Counted from the first letter of the stretch, positions 1 to 11,565 are shown. The stretch is 20,000 bases of DNA from Trichodelitschia bisporula (GCA_010356995.1 ML996690.1:57510-77509), one strand, 5' to 3'. Translations and numbers: made by a program. The notes: generated by a model not told the origin, from the sequence alone.

Positions 1-271
1 CAGCAATGGACTTTGAGCAGGGGCAGAAGCTGCTCAGACAGTCTTCCCTATTTGCGTTGAGTTAGGGAACGAGCTTCACTTATGCCCTTCCCATCACCCT
101 TTGTGCTCCTACCGCTCGTGGCCGGGCGTGTATGCATGCTCAACGATGAATGCTGATTCAAGTCTACAGTACCACCATTCAATACTCCCTAACTCCGCTC
201 AGCATCAAGGACCCGCCTCTCGCACCATTCGCCTCACCTCTCCCCAACAGCATCCCACCCTCGGGACCGCC

Positions 272-1112
272 TCACCTCCCCTCCTCCCCCTCAATCCACT
301 CCTCCAACCTCACCCCTCTTGTCCCATCCTCCACAACCAACCTCCACGTCGAAAACTCAAACCCCTCATAAAACTCCCCCGCCGCCCGTCGCGCCCTCGC
401 ATGTCCCGGCCCCTTCCCACCGCGATGCGCATCCGCGCGGCTATGCCAGATACCTATCCCATTAGCGCCTCCCCAGCACCGCACCACTCGCCTACTCACA
501 AGTCGCCAGATTCCGCCTCTCGCCATCCGTGTCCCCGAACCAGTACTTCAACAGGCCACCGCTGGCCACTGCCTCGACGTGGCTCCCCTCATCTAGCTCC
601 CCGAGACGCGTGCGGTAGGCCGCGCCTTTGTGCTTTAGGGTTGAGCGGAAGATGACTGTGTAGAAGGTCGTGTTGGTCCAGACGTGCTGTGTGGCGGTGC
701 AGAGGTCCCGCAGCAGCGCCAGCACGGCGGGCCAGTTGAACGACTCGAGGTACGGCGCCGTGGCGTAATCCGCCCGCGTCGGGGTCAAGGTCGTGAGGGC
801 TAGGCTGAGGAGGGCGGAGGCGCGGGGAAGGGGGGTCAGGTCTTGCGTGTGGAAGGGGGTGTTGTAAGGGGAGGTTATAAGGCGGTGGACCGTGGTTGGG
901 AGTTGGAAGAACGAGGAGATGGTGGGCGTGAGGAGGGGAGTTAGTTGGAGGGCTGCTGCGGCGTGGAAGCGGAGGGCGGTGGAGGAGGTGGTTATTAGGT
1001 CCGGAGAGAGGATTGAGATAGACGCTGCTTCGACCGGTGGAGTAAGCGGCGGAGTCGCCCCGATCGTGGTAGAGGGGGGGGTGATGTGCTTCGGCTCGAG
1101 CTGGAGAGCCAT
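272..1112 (-). CDS. UPF0643-like conserved fungal protein; 2 exons (1112-500, 453-272)
   Basis: ORF 492..1112 has ISSPY-like, ESFNW, FYTVIFRS and GGLLKYWFG...RRNLATC motifs. A 46-nt intron 499-454 (GTGAGT...GCTAAT...ATAG) splits TGT (Cys) and joins to IWHSRADAHRGGKGPGH...LEEW, with the stop at 272. Confidence 0.8.
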
Positions 1113-1982
1113 GATGCTGGTGGTGACGGATGTGAGAAAAGAAGATAGGGAGTTTGTTCACGATGTGTGAGAAGCAATGCGCGCTAGAGGATGACAGAGG
1201 ATGTACGGCTGTGGTGGAAGGTGTTTGCCAGTACGCCATTTCTGAGCCCGGAGCCGTGCGCGCACGGCGGTATGGCGTCAGATTACGCCATCGCTGTGAT
1301 GAAGTTTTGGGAAGGAGGGCGGTGGGAATGCGCGATGGCGTATATTGCGCGTTTGGTGTTTCGGGATGTCTCCTGGTACTTTTTGCGGGACGGCAATTAG
1401 GTCCGATGTCGCGGTCGCGGCCGAGGTCGCATTCTGTACCTCGCTGCTGGTGCATCTGAAGCTTCATGGTCGGATGGTTTTGGCGATCCGGTTCTTCTCA
1501 AGGTATAAATGATCTGACATGTGCGCCTACGATGGAAAGCCTGGTGGTTTTGAGGTAGACTTGGTGCGCAATATCATTGGCTCGTGATGCTGTTGTACCT
1601 AGATGGCGTCTGACAAGGCTGGCGTCCCCACTAGGGATCTTGTGCCCCCACATCACGAACCCCCACACTGTGAGGCTGAACTGTCGACAGCGTCAAAACC
1701 AATTCACGAAACAATGCACTTGGTTTAAACTTCACACTTAACATTTGATTAGACGGAGCATTTGAGCGGCATGCCAGATGAGTGAATTTTTCAGGATCTG
1801 GAAAGGCTTCATTTTGATGAGTGGAATTAGCCTTCCGATCGTCACCTCCCGTTGCAAGTGACGCCTTCCCATATCTCTCAGGCTTCCTTTGAGCTTTCTT
1901 TACTTTGGCCCCTAGGCTGACCCTCCTTCAACTGAACTTCCTCGCATGTCCGAAACCCTCCAGCGCTGGCAAGCTTACAGCC

Positions 1983-2228
1983 TCAGCTTGCATTACAACC
2001 GTTCCCGCCCGCATGCTTTCCCACGTCCTTTTCAGCCTTGCAACCACCACAGATTCGCCGCCCCCAAGGAACTGCAGCGACAAGATCGCGACCCTTGACC
2101 TCATGCCACCTCAAGCAGCCATCATTGGTGCCCTTCGCCTTTGGATGGGGCCTCTCGCATTCCTTGAGGATGTGAAGGAACGCCCGCTCGTCGCACTGTG
2201 TACAGTGCAGCATCACAGCTTCGCACAT
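1983..2228 (-). CDS. Small Cys-rich hypothetical protein (81 aa), possibly zinc-binding
   Basis: MCEAVMLHCTQC...C...C...CGGC. Its N-terminus matches 8 of the first 12 residues of the neighbouring 3738 gene (MCRAVELHCTSC). Confidence 0.55.
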   Translation of the reverse strand: MCEAVMLHCTQCDERAFLHILKECERPHPKAKGTNDGCLRWHEVKGRDLVAAVPWGRRICGGCKAEKDVGKHAGGNGCNAS

Positions 2229-2627
2229 TGTTTTGAATGAGGAATAACAGTGCTCTGAGTCGTTTGAGATATTCGAGTTTGCTTAAGGGGAGGAGATCTG
2301 GGGAAAACTTCAACCGCCGCTTTATGCTTCGGGATGTGTGACTTGAAGCTTCTGTGACGGCACGCCGCGGTGTCTTAGTCTTGTAACCCTTTTGGAAGAA
2401 GTGTATACGGAACAAAAGCATAGAACGAATGACATTATGGCATCAAGACATCAAGGTACTAGGGCATTAAGCAAACGCATGAAAGCCAGAACCGTTCTCC
2501 AATGTATCATTCGCCGCAAGGCTTCCAATCTCGTGTTCCAAGCATCATTCAAGACATCTGCCATTGCCGAAGCAGCTTTCCAACATGGCTCTGAGAGACC
2601 AAGTCATCCATCATTTTATCAACCAAA

Positions 2628-3738
2628 TTAATCGGTCGCGTCGATGGCGAAATCCTGTTCGACGATACCATTAAGGAAACGGTCGATGGCGCCGAAGCAA
2701 CGCTCTTCGATCTCCTAGATCCACATCAGCTTCACCAAACGGCATAAACCCAAACCCACTGACCATTTCAACTAATATCTCTCGAGCAAGCATGATGTCG
2801 TCGAGATCGCAATGCTCAACCTCCTTTATTCACATCAGCTCAATCTAGCGGCACGACCCCGAGTCCACTCACCACTTCAAATGACATCCCCTCATCCAGC
2901 ATAATGCCGTCAACGCGGCAATATTCGTCCTCCTGGATCCACATGAGCTCCGTCCAGCGGCATAAACCCGAACCCACTCACCACTTCAATTAACATCTCT
3001 CGATCAAACATGATGTCGTCGACACCACAATGTTCAACCTTCTAAATACACATCAGCTCCATCCAGCAGCATTACCCGAACCCACCCACCGCTTCCGGGG
3101 ACGTCCATCCATTGGGCATCATGGAGTCAACACTGCGATATTCGCCCTCCTGATACATATCACCTCCATCGAACGGCATGCAACCAAACCCCTCCATCAC
3201 CTCATATGACGCCCCCCGGCTGGCCGCGGCATGGGCGTCAAGAGCATCGAAGACGATATCGGGGATCTGGTTTTGCTGGACAGCCTACTCCACATAAGCT
3301 CATCCAACCGCAAAAAGTCCTCCCACTCACCCTCTCCGGCGTCCCCAAATCATGCACAGCACACGGCCTGTCCGGCGCCCCAATCCACAGCCGCGCCCGG
3401 CAAGGCCAGTCCAAACGTCCCAGTTCCGCCTCATCCATCATGACAAGCTCACTCTGAGGCGAGATCGAACTATACCCGCTGTCGCGTCGCTCGAGAACAA
3501 CGATACCGGGACTTTCAAGAGCAAGTTTGACGACCGCATTAGCTTTCTCGGCTGGAGACGGGAGCTTGACACACCCGCAGTGGCGCGTGGTGAAGGGGAT
3601 GGTGTCGAGGAGGGCTATGGTCATGTCGACGCGCATCCGGGACTGCTTGGAACATGCTTCTCCCCATTGACAGCAGTAAAGGAGGTGCTCGTACTTGCTT
3701 GCGCAGGACGTGCAGTGCAACTCCACGGCACGGCACAT
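2628..3738 (-). CDS. Hypothetical protein (~289 aa) with a Cys-rich N-terminus and acidic 20-aa repeats; exons 3738-3331, 3284-3090, 3041-2982, 2932-2873, 2823-2764, 2714-2628
   Basis: Removing five GT-AG phase-0 introns (3330-3285, 3089-3042, 2981-2933, 2872-2824, 2763-2715) gives one continuous frame ending ...FAIDATD-TAA at 2628. Retaining any one of them causes a frameshift or a stop. Confidence 0.7.
2715..3200. repeat. Diverged tandem repeat, period 108-109 bp (60-nt exon + 48/49-nt intron), about 4.5 copies
   Basis: The plus-strand motif CACAT(C/G)AGCT...GCAT/GCAC...CCACT recurs near 2722, 2831, 2940 and 3050, with a more diverged copy near 3156. Confidence 0.9.
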
Positions 3739-4540
3739 GTTGTGCGGCTATCAATGGGGTCGCTCTGGGGTGAGGATGTGGGAGAATGTGGAAGTCTGCG
3801 AATAGTGAGCTGAGGATAGGGTGTGGTGGTGCACTCACGAGGCTGAGGGCAAAAGTGTTGACCACAACTGGACACTGGAGAACGGAGAAATGGAAAAACG
3901 CTTAAATGCACGACTACTCGCTGATAGTGATGTTGCGTGAAATGTGCTCGTCCCAACGGCATACTTGTAGGCCATGTATATACTCCTTCCAGCTTGTAAG
4001 TCGCTCCTTCCCAAGGCCACGACAGTACGTCGGATGGACTATGTTGACCGCTGGGCTAGATTTGTTGTCGACACCAATTACGAATCCGAAGCCGCCCTGG
4101 AGTATTATTGCACCTTTGAAAAATGGGTCCTTCAAAAGTCCTATTCATGTCTTGTGGATACGCTACACCCGAAGCAGTCCTGATAGAAAGCCCTGTTGAT
4201 GTCGTGTTGATGCAGTATACCCCAAGCAGTAACTGTGGTCAAGGTGAAGGAAGGAACGCACGAGGGCATCATCCGACATGACGATAACTGCGAACCATAA
4301 GCATACATTGATGACTGTACAGCAGAGCACATGTGGTGAAGATAAAGCGCAGCAACAAGAAGCCCGACCCAACCCGACGCAAGCCAGATTCAAACTTACC
4401 GCAGAAGCCAAACCAGATACACACAGTTCAGTGCGAACTCACCGTGCAAGCCAAACCGAGCGTACACACCTCAAATCCGACCAAACGGTCAGCCATACCC
4501 ACCTCACCCCCTCTCCACACGCAAACACCATCCCCAGCAC

Positions 4541-5320
4541 CTAAACCTCCTCCCAACTTGGATACGCCTCCAGCGCCTTCCCCATCGTAACCTCAAGCCC
4601 ATCCCACTCATCCGCCGCCCTTGCCCTCACACCGGCATACCGATCCCCGAGCGCAGCTCGGAACGCCTATAGTCATCAAGCATTAGCCCAGTCTCAAACA
4701 TCTACCAAATTCCCCCTCCCGCCCACCCGACCGGGACTCAGGGACAAGTACTCACATCCAGCACCAACCGCTGCCGATGCAAGCAGTGCGCAAGGGACGC
4801 ATAGAACCCCCCCGTCGTCTTGAGCACATCGCGCTGCTCCATGAGCAGGTGCAGCATGCGGCCGTGCTCGGAGACGAACTGCCCCCCCATTAGTCTCCCC
4901 CCTCCGATCCCGGGGACATAACTCACATTCCCCACCGCCGCCCCCAGCGCGCGCTCATCCGCCCCTCCCTCACTCAGCAAGTCCCCCTCATCCTCCGCCC
5001 TAAGCTCGCGAATCGACAGATTCGCAATTCCCGAGATCCTCTGCAGGAGGAGCAGAATCTCCTTTATACACAGTGGTTTCATCAGCCGTGCCCTTGCCCA
5101 CTCTGTAATCCCAAAACGAAGGGGATGGAGGACCTACGGGGGCGATATAACAATAAGCCTCCTCACTCAACAACCCATAGCACTCCCCATCCTCCCTAAT
5201 ACACCCGAGCGCCACATCCAACGCCCCGCACGCCGCGCGCATATCCTCCAGATTCGCCTTCAAGGGGCTCCAGGTGCCTGACGCTGAGGTCGGCAGCGCA
5301 GGATGACTCAAAAACGGCAT
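4541..5320 (-). CDS. Helical hypothetical protein (188 aa), distantly UVI-1-like; exons 5320-5138, 5061-4927, 4878-4756, 4666-4541
   Basis: Three phase-0 introns: GTAGGT..GCTGAT..AAG, GTGAGT..CTAAT..CAG and GTGAGT..GCTAAT..TAG. The spliced frame MPFLSHP...NFVSEHGRMLHLL...VLDAFRAAL...LEVTMGKALEAYPSWEEV* is open. The family assignment rests on a recalled pattern only. Confidence 0.65.
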
Positions 5321-6400
5321 TCTCGTAGTAACCTTATCTTTCTCCTCCTGAATCGTTTCCAAAATGAAAGAGGAGAAACAAGACGGGAAGCAAACCGGCA
5401 GAGAAGACACTCGGAGAGATACCCAGCGCGGAAGTCCCCGGGCCACGCGAGCCCACGACCGCGTGCGGAGCATGTCTTTATCTCTCCCCTCGACCCTGGC
5501 GAGCACGCAAGCCTGATCCTCCCAGCTTCAAGCCTAGATCCGTTCACCATCGCTCGATAGATAGCCCGCTCCAAGCCGGATCCCACGGCCGAACGCACAA
5601 TCCATCCCATACACGCTTCCCCCGCACAAACAGCTTCCTCCAGCCCTCCTAATCCCCCAATATCCGCCGTCAATTGCGCCGTCGTCCGTCTTTGATTCGA
5701 ATGCTTGCATTCCTCCCAAGCGCGCCGAGACTCCGACGTCATTCACATGTCACCCCTCACTCACCCCCACCCCCCCAGTAATGCGCCCCACATGACGCGC
5801 CCCACCAGCAAATCACACACTCCCCCAGCCCTATCGCGATCCACACCAGGCCGATCGAGTCCGATCCGGCACGTGCCGAGCCGTAAGCTGCCGCGTCGTC
5901 GGATACGGATATCGAGGCCGCATGCAGCCGGCCGAACTTACAGCACAAAGAACGCTCTCCTCCCACTCCGCGAACGCAGCGGAAAACGCAGACGGAAACG
6001 AAACCGAGCAAAGTCCACCCCGAACATCCTAGTTCGACCGTCCCATCCCGGTCCGTTTCAAAAATAGCCCATCCAAAGAAGCTTCCTCCACCCCGCAGAT
6101 AAATCCCCCCACTTACGGGGCACGGCAACACCATCAAGCGCCACATAAAAGGCTTGTCCAGGCCCCTGGAGCCCTGTCATTTGCGCTGTAATGCCTATCT
6201 GCCGGGTGAACATTTTGTTCCTTCCGAGGGCCGCGTCGCCTCATCTATCAATTCATCTTCTGCCTGCCCCGCCGTTTGATAGTGATCCTCCCACTGCCCT
6301 ACCTCGCCATCAAAGTGATCCTCCCCGCCTGCCCTACCCCGCTGTCAACGGCGCCACCCCGCACCACGAATGATCGTCAGCAAGGTCCCGTTACGTCTAG

Positions 6401-7767
6401 CTAGCCACTGTGCAACTCCGTACACGGCCCGGCACCATCCCGACTCGGGCATCTCCCAGGCGCCGTACTCTCCACGCCGCTCATCGTCACAAGTGCTTCA
6501 GCGACCTGCATCCTATCCCCAAGCCCATCCATAACCCCTCCATTCCCCTCCCTCCCCCCCGCCCCCCTAACCTCCAAAACCGTCTCCCCCTGCAAAACCC
6601 CCGCAATCCACCCCCCCACCACCCCCCTCAACACCCCAAGCACCCCATTCTCCCTCCAAAAATGCCCCGCCCCAGGAACCTCCACCGCCTTAAACCTACT
6701 CCCAGGCCCCTCAATCCCCGCCGCCCACGCCCTCACCTTCCTCGCAGCCGTAAACCCATCCTCTCCCCCAAAAACTGCCAAACTGGGGTGTTCGGCAAGC
6801 TGCTTCGCCAACGCGCCCTTCTCGCGCTGCAGCGCCTGCGTGCCGAACGGGATGGCCGTGAACGTGCTCACCGGCGCCAGGAGCGGGCTGAGCAGCAAGT
6901 ATGCCGGCTGGAACACAAGTCCGATCTGCGTTACCGCTAGCTCGGCGGTATTGTGGCTGGATGTATACACGGGCCGGGGCGGGGGCCGGAAAGATGCGGC
7001 GTTCGGGATTGCCCGACCGGTGTGTCCTCGCGCTGCGGACACGACGGCGAGGTCCCATGCTACGCGGCGGAGGGCGGGGCCCGACGCTGGACCGTAGGCG
7101 CGGGTGAATATGGCAGCGGGGGTCGGGAGGTGTGTTGTGATTAAACTGCCGTAGGAGTAGCCGGCGAGGATGAAGGGCACTGTGTCAGGGTTATCGGGAG
7201 ATGGGGCGGGGAGCGGAATTGTGCCTTCCGGGAGAACGGCTTGGGTGGGGAGGGGGATGGAGCTCGCGGCACTTCCGTCGAGGGACATGTCCGCTACGCC
7301 CGCTGCCAGCGCGCCGTCCTCGCATCCAACACCCGCCGCGCGCGCGAGTTGCAGGATGAAGTACGCGTAGTGCGCGAGGCACGACGCGGCAGAGACATAG
7401 TCGTCGCATTCCGCGCGGCCGGTCCAGGACGAGCGGCCTTTGGACGAGGGCGCGCCGCTTGGATCATCAGTTCCTTGCTAGAAACAAGGGAGTGAGCGTA
7501 CCGGAAGTTAAACGTGCCTACCACGCATCCACGGTCACGCGCCTCGCGCACAGCCGCACACACAATCGGGTCATCGTAGTTTCCGCCGAGCGGGGCGTAG
7601 GGATGCGCGATGATGGCGATGGGGAGGGAGAGCGGCGGGGCGTGGCCGGGTAGGGGCGGGCCTGAAGGTCGAGGGGTGGCGCTGGGGGGGTGGAAAATGC
7701 GGCAGTCGAGCGGGAGACCGTCGTGCAGGGAGGGGATGGCGAAGGAGAAGGTTGGCGAGAGTGGCAT
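6401..7767 (-). CDS. Alpha/beta-fold hydrolase (440 aa); exons 7767-7502, 7457-6401
   Basis: HPYAPLGGNYDD, TFNFRGA (across the 44-nt intron 7501-7458), SSWTG, nucleophile elbow GYSYG, acid in GGEDGF and catalytic His in GAGHFW. Confidence 0.9.
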
Positions 7768-8307
7768 GGTGGTGTGGGAGAAGAGGTGAGGTTGGGCGTG
7801 GACGCTATATGCATGCAGGTCCCCGGTTGGTACGCTATGCGGGGTGTGGGGGTGCGGGGCTGGGCTGTTGGGGGGTGGGGGGGGTACATTTCCGTCCATG
7901 TCGAAGCTTGTGCTGTGAAGTGATATGGATGGGATTAGAGTAACGATATTGTTGATAGTCAATGATGAGTGATGTTGTGAAGTTGTATCTACGCCGTGGA
8001 TTCAAAGCAGTGGCCTCAAGTACTACGTAGCATGTCCTTGATCCAAAGTAGCAAGTACCACCCGATCTTGTCTTCAGCAGCCGCAGCCTGCGGGCTGTGT
8101 ACTAACGGTTCGAATACATGGCTTGAACGCGTAATAGTTCCTCTATTGCCAATCGGGAGAAGTGTTATCATGAGGTTGTATGTACAGTGACTTCGGTGAC
8201 TGACGTTGGGACCATTTCCCGAGGGTTAATCGGGATGGCGGTGCTGTATTCGCAATAAAATGAGCGACCACACCATCGGTCCCAGTGCTCCCCCGTCAGC
8301 CCCTCTC

Positions 8308-9720
8308 CTACTCGGCATCACTATCCACAGCCCTCGACACCATGAGGTCCGGATCCGGATCCTCATCCCCACTATCCAACAAATCCCGCCTCACAGCCGT
8401 AAGCCGACTCTCCTCCCCAGGCCCATCCTGCTCCCTCCTCCCCAACAACAAGCTCCCATCCCCATACAACTCTTCATGCTCATCCATATCCGACTCTCCA
8501 CTTTCCTTCACAGCATCGCCGCCAACCGCTCCCCGTAGCACCCGTCTCCCCTCCTCCAGAGCCTCCAACTCCGCCCCCGCACACGCAACAAGCAAATTCC
8601 AACCCCTCGCCTCAGCGCCCTCCTTCCCCTCACGCACAACCTCAATAACTCGCTCCATCTCCTCCAGCAGCGCGCGCCCAACCTCTGGCTCATCCAACAG
8701 TCGGGGCATATCCCGCCTCAACTGACTCTCAAATCCCCTAACCTCCTCGCAAATCCCCTTCCACACCCGCGCACCCACCTCAAGGGCCTTAGCCTCCCGA
8801 CGCGCCGCCCGCCCACGAGCCGCCAAGCTCCCCGCCCGCGCACTCCACGCCTCGCGCGCCGCACCCAGCGTCCGTCGAGCCGGCGGCAGAGAGAAGAACT
8901 CATCCCCACCGCTCCTGGGTCGTGGAAGGCGCTCGAGAAATGCGCCGCTCGTACGTTGCACCTCAGCCAACGCAGCGCGAAACGACGCGAGCCGTGCCTG
9001 GCCCTCGCCATCGCGCGTGCGCAGCGCGTCTTTAACCTGCGCCTCACGACGCCGCAGATCGGCGAGCTTAGCCTCGGTGGCGCGGATCGCATTGCCCAGA
9101 CGCTCCTCCTCGGCCCTCAGCGTGCGGGTTTCCCGCTCTGCATTCTCGGCTTGAGATGCGATTTCGGCTTCGAGGGCGGAGGAGCGCGCGGCCCACGTGT
9201 CCAGCTTGGCGAGGATGGATTTCTCGTCCGCGAGGGCAGAGTGTACGAGGCTGAGTTCGCGGTTTTTGAGCTGTGCGTTGGCGAGCATGGCGCGGTGCAG
9301 GGCGCGGCGGGTCGGGTTCAAGGCTAGGGGCTTGGAGGGGTGTGTGGAGGAGACGTGCGAGGCGCGGGAGCTTATGGTATGTGTATCGTCGTTTGTGGAG
9401 GAGGAATTGTGCGAGGGGCGCCGCGAGGTCGTGGTTCGTAGGGTGTGTGCTTCGGTGTCGTGGGCGTTGGATGGCGGGGCGGTGAGGGCGGCGGCCTGGG
9501 CGTCGAGGAGGGCTTGGATTCGGTCGTGGAGTGCCTGTTCTTCTCTTGACTGCAGCACGGCGAGTTCGTCGTCGTCGTCGACTGGCGGGAGGTCCATTGG
9601 GGGGAGAGTCGCGACGGAGTGGGCCACGGGAGGGGGAGGGACGGAGGGGGTTGGCGTGTGCCAGAGGGGGAGCTCGGTGGTTGATTCGCGGGGCTGGAGG
9701 ATGGAGCGGAGAAGCGACAT
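8308..9720 (-). CDS. atg28: Atg28-like coiled-coil protein (470 aa, single exon)
   Basis: Long ORF with a central coiled coil. The motifs IQALLDAQ, LPPARRTL, WNLLVACAGAELEAL and C-terminal DEDPDP resemble proteins annotated Atg28 in filamentous fungi. Confidence 0.7.
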   Translation of the reverse strand: MSLLRSILQPRESTTELPLWHTPTPSVPPPPVAHSVATLPPMDLPPVDDDDELAVLQSREEQALHDRIQALLDAQAAALTAPPSNAHDTEAHTLRTTTSRRPSHNSSSTNDDTHTISSRASHVSSTHPSKPLALNPTRRALHRAMLANAQLKNRELSLVHSALADEKSILAKLDTWAARSSALEAEIASQAENAERETRTLRAEEERLGNAIRATEAKLADLRRREAQVKDALRTRDGEGQARLASFRAALAEVQRTSGAFLERLPRPRSGGDEFFSLPPARRTLGAAREAWSARAGSLAARGRAARREAKALEVGARVWKGICEEVRGFESQLRRDMPRLLDEPEVGRALLEEMERVIEVVREGKEGAEARGWNLLVACAGAELEALEEGRRVLRGAVGGDAVKESGESDMDEHEELYGDGSLLLGRREQDGPGEESRLTAVRRDLLDSGDEDPDPDLMVSRAVDSDAE

Positions 9721-10457
9721 TGTGGGTTGTTGGGTGTCGTCCTTAGTTTCTTGGGAGAGAGAGAGGGGGGGAGGAAAGAGAAGTTAGTGATGTTGGTGCC
9801 TGTGGTGGGGATTCATTGTATGGAGTGAGGTAGGGAGACAAGGCGCGTGGGCAGGTCATCGGCGAGACAGGTACCGGGTCACGACATCACATGATGGGAT
9901 CTCACGCGCGGATATGGCGTTTCGTAAAAGGGGCTTTCAATGAATGGATGAATGAATCTAGAGTAGTGAGAAACAAAGCGAACTAAACACATCGGCTCAT
10001 TTATCAGTGAGAGATATCCGCGCGGCTACTGCGCTTGCCGACAAGCATGGATGGTGATGAAGCTCGCCTGGTCGCCCAGCCGCCGAGTCGTCGCACCCGG
10101 GTTTTCGACGTCGAAGGCGTGCGTTTCAAGGGTGAGGCCTGTGAAAGATGCAGGAAGCTTTAGTTGGCGACGGCTTGGTTGAACGGCGAGAGACCACGAC
10201 CTTCGCGACCTCTCCTCTACCTCACGCATCCACATCACAAGATCCGGCCAAGGGCTTAACTAGACGATCACAGTCACAGCATCCCACGACATCAAGATCC
10301 CACAAGCCAGGAGTACGGCTACGCATCTATACAGTCCTACAGTACCCTAGTCATCCAAACCCAAAAACGCCGACAAATGCTCACAAATCCTCTCGCTAAA
10401 AGACAACTCGGGACCAGCCCGCTAATGCTAGAACTACAGTACCGGATCTGTGATCAC

Positions 10458-11565
10458 TCACTCCCTCCCCGCCCAACGCCCCCTCCTCACCCGCGCCGCC
10501 GGCGTCGCCCTCGGCCCATCAAGCGTAGAGACAGCACCCTCCGTCACAGGTCCCGGCCCACCACCCACCGGGACGGTAGCCGCATCCCCCTCGCCCTGCC
10601 CCTCCGGCAATGCCGGCGGCGCACTCGTTGCCGGGGCCTCCTCCGCCCCCGAAGCGGGCGTTTCGTTCGCCGCAGCGCGCTGGCGGCCCTCATTCTCCTT
10701 CGCAAAGACCCTTAGGAGATTTTCCTCCCCAAGCGCGCCCTGGCTAAACCTAGCATTGAACTTCACAACGCGCTTAAACGCATTATAACTCTCGACATCG
10801 AGCGGAAGCGGCTCCGTCGCAAGTAGGAACGTAACCCCCTCCTTGCAGGGCGGTGTCGTCAAACTACCAGCATACGCGCGGAGCGGCGTGCTCGTGATGT
10901 GCTTCGCGATATCAGCCATATCAGCCGCTTCCCCCAGCGGTGTCGCGGTGCCGGGATTAGCGATGGCGGGGAGCGCGGCGGCGAGGGCTTTGACCAGCGG
11001 TGTTGCGGCGGTGGTGGAGAGGTCGAAGAGCAGTGCTACGACGACGAGGGAGCCGTCTGAGGGGGCTTCGTGCACCATGTGCATTTCGAGCGGGTAGTGC
11101 TCGTCGGACACGCGGTGCTCGGCCGGGGTGTGGAAGTGGAATTGTTTCAGACTGTATGCCTTGCCGTCGAAGGTGAGCGCGGAGGTGTTACCGCTGGCTT
11201 CGGAGAGGACTTCGACGGTTGAGCCGAGGTTTTCGAAGGTTAGGGGGCCCGTCGGGAGGGTGTAGCTTGTGGGGTTGGGGGCGGTAGCGATGCTGGAGTC
11301 TGCTTGGGGGTTAGGTTTGTTGGGTTGGAGGGGGGGAGGGGAAGGTACCGATGTTGATGGGCGATTGGAAGCGGCCTGCGCTGCAGGCTACGTTGTCGGC
11401 GGAGAGGGAGTCCCAGAGGACAGGCCCGGTTGTACCGGTGTAGCCGAATTTGGCGACTTCGATGGTGTTGTTGCCTGTTGAGCGGCGGGGGAGGTAGGAT
11501 GTGCCGTGGAGGCAGCTGGCGGAGGCGAGGCCGGCCAGCGCGGCGAGGGGGAGGAGAGTGTACAT
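10458..11565 (-). CDS. Secreted alpha-class carbonic anhydrase (352 aa); exons 11565-11349, 11299-10458
   Basis: Signal peptide MYTLLPLAALAGLASA, QSPINI, zinc ligands in QFHFH...EH...EMHMVH, YAGSLTTPPCKEGV and FNAR. The 49-nt intron 11348-11300 reads GTACCT...CTAAC...CAG. Confidence 0.95.

Noticed and set aside
1878..1985. Frame stays open for about 34 codons past the TGA of the 81-aa Cys-rich ORF (readthrough or selenocysteine?)
   Set aside because: That length is expected by chance, ascomycetes are not known to use selenocysteine, and no recoding signal is evident.
3906..4199. Several short ORFs upstream of the repeat gene
   Set aside because: No motifs or convincing splice structure.
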